Shown here piece by piece: positions 52,762-64,000 of a DNA stretch of 64,000 nucleotides; position 1 is the stretch's first letter; the number at the start of each line of letters is the position of its first letter. The translations under genes were made by a program, and so were the position numbers. The notes below the pieces were generated by a model. The model had not been told where the DNA came from and ran no database searches. It saw only the letters and a program-made list of their open reading frames with translations. The stretch spans positions 23,126,001 to 23,190,000 of the forward strand of contig NC_043017.1 in assembly GCF_006345805.1 (NCBI RefSeq), written 5' to 3'. The stretch is from Octopus sinensis. Taxonomy: Eukaryota.

Positions 52762-52845
<84 letters not shown>

Positions 52846-53793
52846 TAATGTGTGTGGGTGTGTGTGTATTAAATTCGCGATACGCCTGAAATCGAACATG
52901 ATACTTACACAGTCAACAAAAGCAAATCATTGCTACGAAAACGAATCGAAACAAACCATAGTTAAATCCTGTTGCTTTGATTACAATAAAGAAATAACTA
53001 TAAAACCACACTTGATTTATGAAATGACACACGTCAAAGAATGAGACACACCTCTAAAATCATTACTGCTCCGAGAACGCAAAGACAACAGAGTCTAAGG
53101 ACGGCACATCTTTCGTCTATTGCGCCTGTTGCTAAGAAACTAAATAGATAAATGGTGGTGTATTAAACAGTTGCAAAATGTAGTTAAACGGTCAGAAGTC
53201 GGAGAAGCAAAGTTAGTAGATCAAACCAAGAAGATAATTGCTTTTTTCATCATGATGTCTTTCAAGTTAGGCGGCTGCCAGTGATTATGACAATATTTGA
53301 CACTGCTCTGCATCTCAGCAGTGAAGAAGTTCAAACAAACGTTTCTAGTGAACAGCATGAAAGGATATTTTACAGCGACTAGCATGCAGCGAAATTATAA
53401 CCACAATGCAATGAAATTATAACCACACTCACTATTGGCATACTCACTTCGAAAGAACAGAGAAGGCATAATTAGCTTCGCACAATGAAAACCATACAAA
53501 ACAGCGGTGTGCGACAGTTTTCGCTTTTCAGAACATCTCGATTTTATAGAAACAACAGCAATAAACAGCTTTATAAGCCAGTTACAACTATCCAGTCACA
53601 GAATTCTACTTCAAACGGAACCTCTTTTGCTAGCTTCCTCATTTTGGGTATTCTCGGGCTATTTTTCTCAACCAAAGGAGCTACTTTTACACCATTGAAT
53701 TGAGCTGAGCCTTCAGTATATATTGTAGTTCATTTCCCAAATCCTTGAAAATGTTATTCCTCTGTGAAGCTTATAAGGAATAAACTAATTTTG

Positions 53794-53867
<74 letters not shown>

Positions 53868-53976
53868 GGCTTAGTTCAACTCTGTTTGAACTGATTTATA
53901 TAATCCAAGGCATTCCAGTCATGACCATCCTTTTTCCTGTGTGCAGGAGAACCCAGGACGGCATTATCCGAAGTGC

Positions 53977-54021
<45 letters not shown>

Positions 54022-57000
54022 CTAAAACAAAAGACATAGATTAAAAAGGCAGGATGAAAAAATTCTGGATTTTTTTTTTTTTTTTTTGCTGTCACAGTTT
54101 TCAATTCTGTTAACTACTAATGAAGTTTTGTGTGCTAATTATGGAAATAAATTCATTTTTGCAATAAAGCTTTTAAAGTTTGTAAATTTTGGGTAATTTT
54201 AGCCAATTAAAAGCCACAGATATATTGGTGCCTGTTTTCATAGTAACAAGCCAAGGTATAGTTTGCTTAAAGTTCCTACTTTCTGAAGTTTGTATTACAT
54301 CCTTTTTATCATTTTCACCTGTTTTTATTTATCTTTTTATTTTATTTTATTTTTTGAGAAACGAATGGCTATTTTCGGTTGCTCTCCTGTCACTACCGCA
54401 TTTCCATCACGTTGAACTGTATGTTTTCAAACTAACTAAGAGTTATGATTGCAGCCAACGCGTTTAATCTTCCGGATATGATCGAGAAATTGAAAACCGA
54501 GGAGGGTGCGGTTTTTTACTTGCAAGAGAAGAATGTTATCCCTTAAAGAAAATTGTTTTATATGAACTGAACTACAGTTTGTTTCTATTATTTTCGGTTT
54601 TCGTAATTTAACGTACAGTTTGTATTTTTGTATTTTTTCGCTAAAAAAAGAAAAACAGCATTCATTCACGGTTTTCCCTTTTTATACATATCTATTCCAA
54701 CATCTTACATGACTTCATTCACTAAAACTTATTAAAACTTCAAAATTTTTCACAAGTTTCTCATAATGTTGTCATAGACAGCTATCATGCACAAAATGCC
54801 AGCTTCCAAATCCCGTTTTCTGATTGGGAAAAATCACCATATTTTAAATCTCTATAACATTTTCTTAAATTTCTTTTTCTGGAACAAGTGAGTAACAAAA
54901 TCAGATTTAGCATGAAAAATTACATCTATATACCAAATTTGAAAATTTTCACTTAATTGTGTCACTTAACTGAGACAATAACTGAAAAGATCTGAAATTC
55001 TATTTAACTGAACCACCAGATTTTTAAAAATCTTTGATAGAAATTTGTTGACAAATTTGTTTCGAAGTTGGTTAGGTTATACTTTGCAACAAAATGGGTG
55101 AAATCATAATATAGTTGTAAGGTATCTGGGCTGTCACGTAACCCCATATACACTAAACTAGAGTTTTCCACTGCAAAGAAGCTTGGTTATTCCAACCAGA
55201 ATCCGAAATTATCGTTAATCTAAAAAGTACTACCATACTTATTGGCTGCTGACAAAGATTACTCGTAATATAAAATATTATTTATCCGATAATTGCTATT
55301 GTTCTTGATAAACTTGACAGAAACAACAACTGATAGAATTAAACGGTTGTACTTAGAAATATCTTTGCGTTCTGAGTTTAAATCCCAACGGCGTCGAGTT
55401 TGATGTTCATTCTCTCGTTGTCAATAAGATAAGTACCCGTCAAGTACACGGATAAATCCAAGCGATGTCGGAAAGATGGACGGCAGAGTTAACATTGGTG
55501 GAATTTGGATTCAGAACGTCGAGAGACATGACAAAATACCGTATGCCATTTCTTAATGCTCAACATTTTCTATCATAATACACACGCGCACACATCAAAT
55601 ATAATGTGCTGATGTTTATCAAGAGGGAGACAGTTATATTATGGACAGGTCATGTGCTTAGATGATACCTACTGGGTAAGAAAAAGATGTTGAAACATGA
55701 ACTGTCTTGGGAGATCAATAGAATCCTGATAGGTGTGGTGAGGTCGGATCTGAGAACATTGGGTGTTTACGATTAGGTGACGGAATATGAAAATGATTGG
55801 CGGTGTTGTAGTGAACATAAAATCATGTTGGTACCGAAAAAAGAAAAAGAAAACACGAGCATAAAAACGATGAGGATAGTGATGGTAATACTGAAGTGTG
55901 TAATGATTATAGGGATTTGCTTGTCGGTATAAGGATGAAGTAGGAAGTCATCATTTTATGCGTTTTGTTTCAGTTTTACATTTTAGTGATTCTTTTGCTG
56001 AAGCAATTGTTTTTACACCTGGATATCTTTGTTATGCCAAATCCCTTTCCATCATAAAGTAAGATCAGTATCAATCAGGCAAACCAAAGTAATCAGGGTA
56101 ATGTACCTTGATCAAAGACGCAAAATAACGATTTTTGTCTGATAAGAAATTACTTCATAGTCAGCGGTAAGATTTGAACTAACAACCCTGTCGCTAATGA
56201 TCTCGCATTATGCCACGCATTCTATGCATAGTACCACCCCCACCCGACCCCCAGACACATAATAAACATAATAAGCCTTGTTGTGTATTTGTAACTATAT
56301 GTCTTTTTCTGTCCCTTAAAATGTAATAGCAAGAGGAAAGCAAGCAGAAGAAAGTGAAGTAGCTTCAGAAAGGAAGGGGGAGGGAGGCGAAAGGGAATAA
56401 CTGTGCTCAGTGAAATGGAATGATGATTGACAGAAGTAGGCACGAGAGAGGAGGGGATGAAGAAGAAAGACGGGGGGATGAAGAAGAAAGATGAAGAAGA
56501 AAGACAGGAGGAAGGAGAACGTGAGTAAAAAAAAAAAGGAAACCAGGTAGGAGGAGAAAAAAAATCACATTCAAACGCATACGCATGCACACATACACCT
56601 CATAGGTTATTATGACGTAACAATACTTACTACTGTTTGTTGCCTTATCTTAAAAGTCAGGGAAAATGGATATTACAAAAGCTAAAAGAAAGCATAAAAA
56701 GACATTAAAAATATCACTTCGAATACTTCGAATATATAAAAGATGATGTTTTTTATACTGCATCAACGTCGTTAATGAATAAATAGCATTCCTCCGTTCA
56801 ACGTAAAACCCACAGGGAAAATTAGGGTGCATTGAGAACCACAAACTCTTCGAGCTAACGTGAGAGTATTTACATGGTTGCTTGCCCATCTAGAATTAGC
56901 AGCTAAATTCCCCTCTTATCACATTCCACTGTGATACCACAAAAAACTGGAATAAGTCGGACAATGTAATCCTAAACCTAAAAAATTACCGGGATGTTAA

Positions 57001-58082
57001 AGACTGAACGCCTTTGATCATAAGATTGCTCGATCATGGCTGACCTGGTGTTCAACAACATCAACAAAGAAACTAACAAAGGACCTATCGACGAAACCGT
57101 TATGTTCGATCAGAAGTGATCTTAGGCTAAACAACACCACAACCGAGAACAACAGCCCTTCACATAGCGCTAATAAAATCTTGCCGATGAAGTTTCTATG
57201 GGGAGCTGAAAATGTCAAATATCTTGTTCAGATTATGCCAGTTTATTATTATTATTATGCGTATTTCATAAGATTTATTTGCAGGAAAGACTTCTCTCAT
57301 AGTCATCAGTTTCACCTACTGCGTCCAATGATACTCGAAGAGATAAAGGAATCCGCCTCACTTTACTATTTTCAATGATGTCCGTCATGCAACCTCTTCC
57401 GTCGTAGGAAACAGAAAAGGACATAAAAAAGAAAGAAAGAGAAGCTCTGCTGAACATTCTTTAATGTGTCGAAGTCATTTTCATGATGGATTGTTTTCTT
57501 CGAGAGCTACATTTGGACAATATTTGAAACATAATATGTTACAATGAATCTGTACAACAAACAAGCAAAATAAAATTACAAATACACGCATGCGCACATG
57601 CAAGCACGCACACAAACAGGGAGATAGATTCATGTATACATACACATATATATCCATTCAGATACCCCTCCACTCAATATAAGTATACGTGCATATAAAC
57701 ATACATGCATACACGTATGCGTTTCTGTGTGTGTATGTATGTGTATGTATTTACATATATAAATAATATATATATCTACTTTGTCATATATATATATATA
57801 TATATATGTACAACTTAAATTTGCTTTTTCCATGGGTATGAGTAGGTTTTTCATTTATATCTTACGTATTTATCGCTGACGAGGAGAAAATTCTTATGAA
57901 TTAACTCTGTAATTGGGACCAATACGGTAATAACGGATTTTTAGAAATTTCTATCGGCTTGTTTCGAGACGCATTAATTATAATGGTTATTGACAATTTT
58001 GTCTTTTTTTCGGCATATTTGGCATTATAAATTTTCTTTTGCTCTTATTTTATAAGTTATATATATATATATAATTATATTT

Positions 58083-58133
58083 AAGAAAGGGAAGACGGAG
58101 AAAGAAAATAACCAACGATACACACGCGGTCAC

Positions 58134-58201
<68 letters not shown>

Positions 58202-58254
58202 ATGTGACCGCGTGTGTATCGTTGGTTATTTTCTTTCTCCGTCTTCCCTTTCTT
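58083..58254. repeat. Inverted repeat with ~59 bp arms around a (TA)n spacer
   Basis: aagaaagggaagacgg...cacaaattgaa (TA)n ttcaatatgtg...ccgtcttccctttctt; one mismatch seen. Confidence 0.92.
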
Positions 58255-58273
58255 GGACCTTTCCTTTTTCTAT

Positions 58274-58308
58274 GTTTCTGACGAAGAGCTCCACTCGAAA
58301 CGTTAAAT
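58274..58308 (+). ncRNA. Minimal type I hammerhead ribozyme motif (Penelope-like element type)
   Basis: GUUU-CUGACGA-A-GAG-CUCCA-CUC-GAAA-CG-UU-AAAU; palindromic ACGU stem III; weak stem I. Confidence 0.55.
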
Positions 58309-58867
58309 CCTCCTTCACTATACACTATACTTGTTCCATGTCCTCGCGTTGTTGTGTTTTCTCTTTGTTCATGTTTGGATTAACTATATAATATATATAT
58401 ATATATAATATATATATATATCAGAGACGACGCCAAGTCATCAGCGTCACTCACGCTCATCACAGATTTCGTCACTCGGGCTCATCACAGATTTCGCATA
58501 AGGCACATGCCTGCATGGAGAATTTCACATCTTTCTGCAATATTTCTTGCCCCAAAGATATTTTTTTTTATATCTAGCTCTATGTCTTTCTCCATTTCTA
58601 AGTTAAGGGTAAAAATAAAGCAACCCTGCAAAACACAGCTGATCTTTAAACACAGACGCACAGAATAACAGCAATCAAATAACGACAGCAAAATGCACAA
58701 CAAACATCAGCGATCTGACTGATGCCGGTACTCTTAACAAGAGATGTCAGTTAGTCCTTTACGCCTACCAGGCTCGTTGATTATTAGCCCGAGTTGCTAG
58801 ATAATTTTTCGTTCTTTTAAGAATATTGCAGAATGGAAACTTTTAATAGATTAGAATTTAAATCCTA

Positions 58868-59058
58868 TGGCCCATTGGTTAGGGCAGCGGACTCGCGGTC
58901 GTAGGATCGCGGTTTCGATTCCCAGACCGGGCGTTGTGTGTGTTTATTGAGCGAAAACACCTAAAAGCTCCACGAGGCTCCCTAAAATGGCGGTGCCCCA
59001 GCATGGCCACAGCTCGTGAGCTGAAACTAGTATCAATCTATCAATCAATCTATCTATC
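58868..59058 (+). mobile_element. Chimeric SINE: family C head joined to a LINE-type ccagcatggcc tail
   Basis: Head matches 45098-45215, then ggcggtgccccagcatggccacagc and an (ATCA/ATCT)n tail. Confidence 0.6.
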
Positions 59059-59519
59059 TCTACAGAAATTTATTGAACTTTTTGATTGAACTTATTGAAC
59101 TTTTAATTTTTACGATTATAGATAACAACTCGGGCTGTAACTTCTGAGCCCGAGTCAGACGCGTGTGAACGATGTCGAGAGAACGTCTGCTACGAATGAT
59201 ATCTTTTGAGACGGGGGACCTCTTAGACGACCACCAGACGCTGAACGAAAATAAATGAACTGCAACCAGGCTCAATAAAAGGAACCCGAGTTATTAGCTA
59301 CAATTACATACTTGAAGTCATGTTCACTTCACTAAATTTTTACTCGAGCTAAGCCCGAACAGCCCTAATGCCAGAGTCGCCCCTGAGTGGACGACGACGA
59401 CGGAGTCTCCGCAAGGTTCTTAAGAGTTTGACCAGCGAATAAGTCTCACCTTAGTCTGCTGGCTGTGGACAGCTGACACTTTCCATCATAACCAGCAAAA
59501 TAAGCTGTGAGTATTCATC

Positions 59520-59530
59520 ACAACAACAAC

Positions 59531-59566
<36 letters not shown>

Positions 59567-59620
59567 TAATAATAATAATAATAATATAATAATAATAATA
59601 ATAATATAATAATAATAATA

Positions 59621-59651
<31 letters not shown>

Positions 59652-60233
59652 GATGAGGAGGAGGAGGAGGAGGAGGAGGAGAAGAAGAAGAAGAAGAAGG
59701 AGAAGAAGAAGAAGAAGAAGAAGAAGGGAAAGAAAGAAGAGAAAGAAGGAGGAGAAGAAGAAGAAGAAGAAGAAGAGAAGAAGGAGAATGAGAAGGAGAA
59801 GGAGAAGGAGAATGAGAAGGAGAAGGAGAAGGAGAAGAAGAAGAAGAAGAAGAAGAAGAAGAAGGAGAATGAGAAGGAGAAGGAGAAGGAGAATGAGAAG
59901 GAGAAGTGAGAAGGAGAAGGAGAAGAAGAAGAAAAAGAATGATTTCTTTCAAATGTGGCCACTAGGTTAGCAAGTTCGAGGAGGGGATAAGTCGATTAGA
60001 TCAAGGCAAAGTCGATCTCAATAATAATGTTGATGATTATGCAGATACACGTATGCATGCAAGAGAGAGGTGGGGAAATAGGGTGAAAAGGAGAGAGAGA
60101 GAGAGAGACATACAAACTGACAGATAGGCAATCAGACAGACAGACAGACAGACAGACAGAGAGAGAGACGGACAGACAAGAGATTTGTAACTTCTAAATC
60201 ACTAGTGATGTTGATCATGACGGTTACCTTGAA

Positions 60234-60292
<59 letters not shown>

Positions 60293-60334
60293 CGACGACG
60301 ATGATGACGATGATGATGATGGTGATATTGATGG

Positions 60335-60365
<31 letters not shown>

Positions 60366-60422
60366 GATGATGATGATGATTGATGATGATGGTGATGGTG
60401 ATGATGATGATGATGGTGATGG

Positions 60423-60466
<44 letters not shown>

Positions 60467-62068
60467 CGGACAAGACGGATGAGAACAATATTCATTATTT
60501 TTTCCATCCTAATTATCAGCATCCAACTAAAACCACCACCACCACCACCACAACCACCACCGCTACCGCCGCTACCATCACCAGCAGCAGCAGCGTCATC
60601 CCTAACATCATCGCACATGAAACGTCAACATCACCACTACCACTCCCATCGTCATCATCATTACTTTCTCTAGTATTTAATTTTATATTTCCAGCATCAG
60701 TCTCATCCTCATCCTCATCGCCATCATCCTCATTACAATCCTTATTCTTATTGCCTTTAATAATAACCATCATCTTCGTCGTCTTCGTCATCACCTTTCA
60801 TTATTTCTATAATAATAGTCGTTATCATGCTCCCAGTTCATGACATTGCTGTCATCGCTGACATAACTGTCATCGCTGTCATTGCTGTCATCACTGACAC
60901 TGTGTCATCACTCAGTGTTGTCGTCGTCAAGTGTATGCTGTTATGGTTATTGTGGTGGCTATAAAGAAGTGTGGAAATTAGGTGTTGGTGGTAGTTACAG
61001 TGGTTGACACGATGGATGTTGTTGTTTTAGCCCTTGGCACTGATCGAGCAGACATAAGATCAAAGCGATTCCAGCCACGACCATCCCATGTGTTATGCTA
61101 GGACTACAGTATACAATGTGTTCTTTTCCCTCTGTTTGTAGTGATTTGAATGACATTTAACTGCTATTTCTAGAGGGCAGATTGGCTTGTCAGGTTAGTG
61201 ATAGTGCTAGAAGTGGTACTTGTTTTTGATGGTAGAGTTGTTGTTGTTTTTATTGGTGGTGGTGGTGGTGGTGGTGGTGGTGGTGGTGATGGTGGTGGTG
61301 GTGATGGTGGTGATGGTGATGGTGTTGTTGGTGGTGGTGATGGTGGTTTTTGATGGTAGAGTTGTTGTTATTGGTGGTGGTGGTGGTGGTGGTGGTGATG
61401 GTGGTGGTGGTGATGGTGGTTTTTGATGGTAGAGTTGTTGTTGTTGTTATTAATAGTGGTGGTGGTGGTGGTGATGGTGGTGGTGATGGTGGTGATGGTG
61501 TTGGTGGTGGTGGTGGTGGTGATGGTGATGGTGGTGGTGGTGGTGGTGGTGGTGATGGTGGTGGTGGTGGTTTTTAGTATAGACGTGTTTGATAACGTGG
61601 TTAATGTTGTTTACGTTGTTGTTGAAGCTTCGCCTAAAGTTAGCCCTAATCGAACAGACCTATCATCAAAGACATTCTAGTTGTAGCCATCCTCTCCTTT
61701 TGCAGATCAAGAACTGCAAACTCTACTTTAAAACATCGTTATTTACAATGATAGAGTATGACTGAAGGGAAAATTGGCTGCTCTTTCTAGCAGATAAGGC
61801 AAACTAGGGTAGAAACCCCTGCGTCGGCTAGCCTAGAAAGAAGTAACCAGTGATGATGATAGTGGTGGTGGTGGTGGTTGTGGTGGTGGCGGTGGCGGGG
61901 ACGGCAGGGGTGCTTCTGCTGAAAGTGGTGTAGTGCTGGCGGTAGTGGTAGCAGTGCTGCTGCTGATGCTGATGATGATGATGATGATGATGATGATTGA
62001 TGATGATGGTGATGATGATGATGATGATGATGATGATGGTGATGATGGTGATGATGATGATGGTGGTG

Positions 62069-62100
<32 letters not shown>

Positions 62101-62181
62101 GATGATTATGATGATAAATGATGATGATGATGATGATGTTTATGTTGATAAATGATGATGATGATGATGATGACGATGATG

Positions 62182-62237
<56 letters not shown>

Positions 62238-62266
62238 GATGATTATGATGATAAATGATGATGATG

Positions 62267-62298
<32 letters not shown>

Positions 62299-62425
62299 GA
62301 TTATGTTGATAAATGATGATGATGATGATGATGAAGATGATGACGACGACGACGACGATGGTGGTGATGAGGATAATGATGATGATGATGGTGATGATGA
62401 TGATGGTGATGATGATGATGATGAT
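59520..62425. repeat. Dense field of trinucleotide microsatellites (AAT, GAT, GAG/GAA, GGT)
   Basis: Arrays at 59520-59935, 60235-60465, 61254-61571 and 61965-62425. Confidence 0.93.
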
Positions 62426-62938
62426 CATTGTGGTGCCGCTATAATGGTATTGATGATGAAAATACTGGTGCTGATGCTGGTTCTGATGCTGGTGCCGGTA
62501 ATGATAGAGGCAGCGGTGATGTTGTGGCTGTAATTATGATATTTGACATGCAGTTTCCTAACAGACGACACTGCTGGAGAATCGTTTTACATCAAAGTAA
62601 TTATTGATCAAGGAACTCAACCTTTCCTTCCCACTCCTTTTGTCATTAATTACGATGTTAAGTGGCCTTAGTGGTGTTATGTTCATGATGATGTTGTAAT
62701 TGGTGGTGGTGGTGGTGATGGTGATGGTGATGGTTGTGGTGACGTTGGTGACGATTTGTCGGTGTGAGTGTACCGGCAGTGATGGTGGTGGTGGTGCCAA
62801 CGGTTGTGTTAGTTGAAAGTGGTAGAGGTGCTATTTTGTCAGTGCTAATGTACCAGTGGAGACGATGGCTAATGGGTGCTCTCTGTCGTCAAGAGAGACT
62901 GAGAGGTGATACGCGTGTTTATTGTTTATATGCATGGT

Positions 62939-62983
<45 letters not shown>

Positions 62984-62987
62984 ATAT

Positions 62988-63034
<47 letters not shown>

Positions 63035-63127
63035 AATCCTTTAAAAAATCCTTTAAAATGTTTTAACCCAAAGGCCGCGGCCATGCTGGGGCACCACCGC
63101 TGTATATATACTTAAGTGGATAAACAC

Positions 63128-63615
63128 ATGCATGCATGCATACATGTATGTATGTATGTATGTATGTGTGTATGTATGTATGTGTGTATGTATGTATGTA
63201 TGTGTGTGTGTATGTGTGTATGTATGTATGTGTGTATGTATGTATGTGTGTATGTATGTATGTATGTATGTATGTATGTATGTGTGTTTGTGTGTATGTA
63301 TGTATGTATGTATGTATGTATGTATGTATGTATGTATGTGTTTATGTATGTATGTATATATGTGTGTATGTATGTATGTATGTATGTGTGTTTGTGTATG
63401 TATGTATTATGTATGTATGTATGTATGTATGTATGTATGTATGTATGTATGTGTTTATGTATGTATGTATATATGTGTATGTATGTATGTATGTATGTAT
63501 GTATGTATGTATGTATGTATGTATGTATGTATGTATGTATGTGTTTATGTATGTATGTATGTATGTATGTATGTATGTATGTATGTATGTATGTATGTAT
63601 GTATGTATGTATGTA

Positions 63616-63646
<31 letters not shown>

Positions 63647-63732
63647 ATGTATGTATGTATGTATGTATGTATGTATGTGTTTATGTATGTATGTATATAT
63701 GTGTGTATGTATGTATGTATGTATGTATGTAT
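63128..63732. repeat. ~600 bp (TATG)n microsatellite
   Basis: Directly visible. Confidence 0.95.
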
Positions 63733-63874
63733 TTCGAGTAGTGGATCAGCTAAAATAAAACTACTGCACTCAACTACGGTATTAAGGGTATTGAGTGTTT
63801 TGGGGTGCATGTGTTAATGTGTGTGTGTGCGTCTGCGTGTGTGTGCGTGCGTGTGCGCGCACATACACACACAC

Positions 63875-63911
<37 letters not shown>

Positions 63912-64000
63912 ACACACATGGGAGCATGGAGAAATGGAGAGAACGTTTGTGTGATAGAAAGACAGACAGAAGGGGGAACAAGAGAACAGAAACAGGTCGA

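Noticed and set aside
53570-53735. Minus-strand IYTEGSA resembling an RNase H motif
   Set aside because: Too short and degenerate to support a call
62554-62672. Unique 120-nt island with open frame FLTDDTAGESFYIKVIIDQGTQPFLPTPFVINYDVKWP*
   Set aside because: Weak acceptor, no recognised homology and no partner exon that can be linked with confidence
59486-63817. Long poly-R, M, D, V, MYVC and HTYI ORFs (also 46004-46599 and 33265-33663)
   Set aside because: Stop-free microsatellite frames

Overview
AT-rich, microsatellite-saturated animal genomic DNA. The SINE families and repeat landscape suggest a coleoid cephalopod (Octopus-like); that assignment is inference. One complete protein-coding gene can be built by hand: UBA5 (UFM1-activating E1 enzyme), minus strand, 12 GT-AG coding exons from 24930 to 11196, 1197 nt, 398 aa. 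The rest is transposon-derived or simple repeat: several tRNA-derived SINE families, five non-autonomous Helitrons, piggyBac-type and hAT-type MITEs, an internally deleted pogo/Fot-like transposon with a PHD finger, and RTE, R4/Dong and CR1/L2-like LINE fragments. The most interesting signals are two type I hammerhead ribozyme motifs with palindromic stem III in (TA)n-associated, inverted-duplicated Penelope-like fragments; a ~390 bp palindrome nested in a SINE's TA tract; a Gly-to-Lys change in the UBA5 UFM1/GABARAP-binding motif at a split AAA codon; and a speculative spliced small-ORF transcript at 33.2-34.7 kb. Nearly all ORF-track entries are microsatellite or repeat artefacts.
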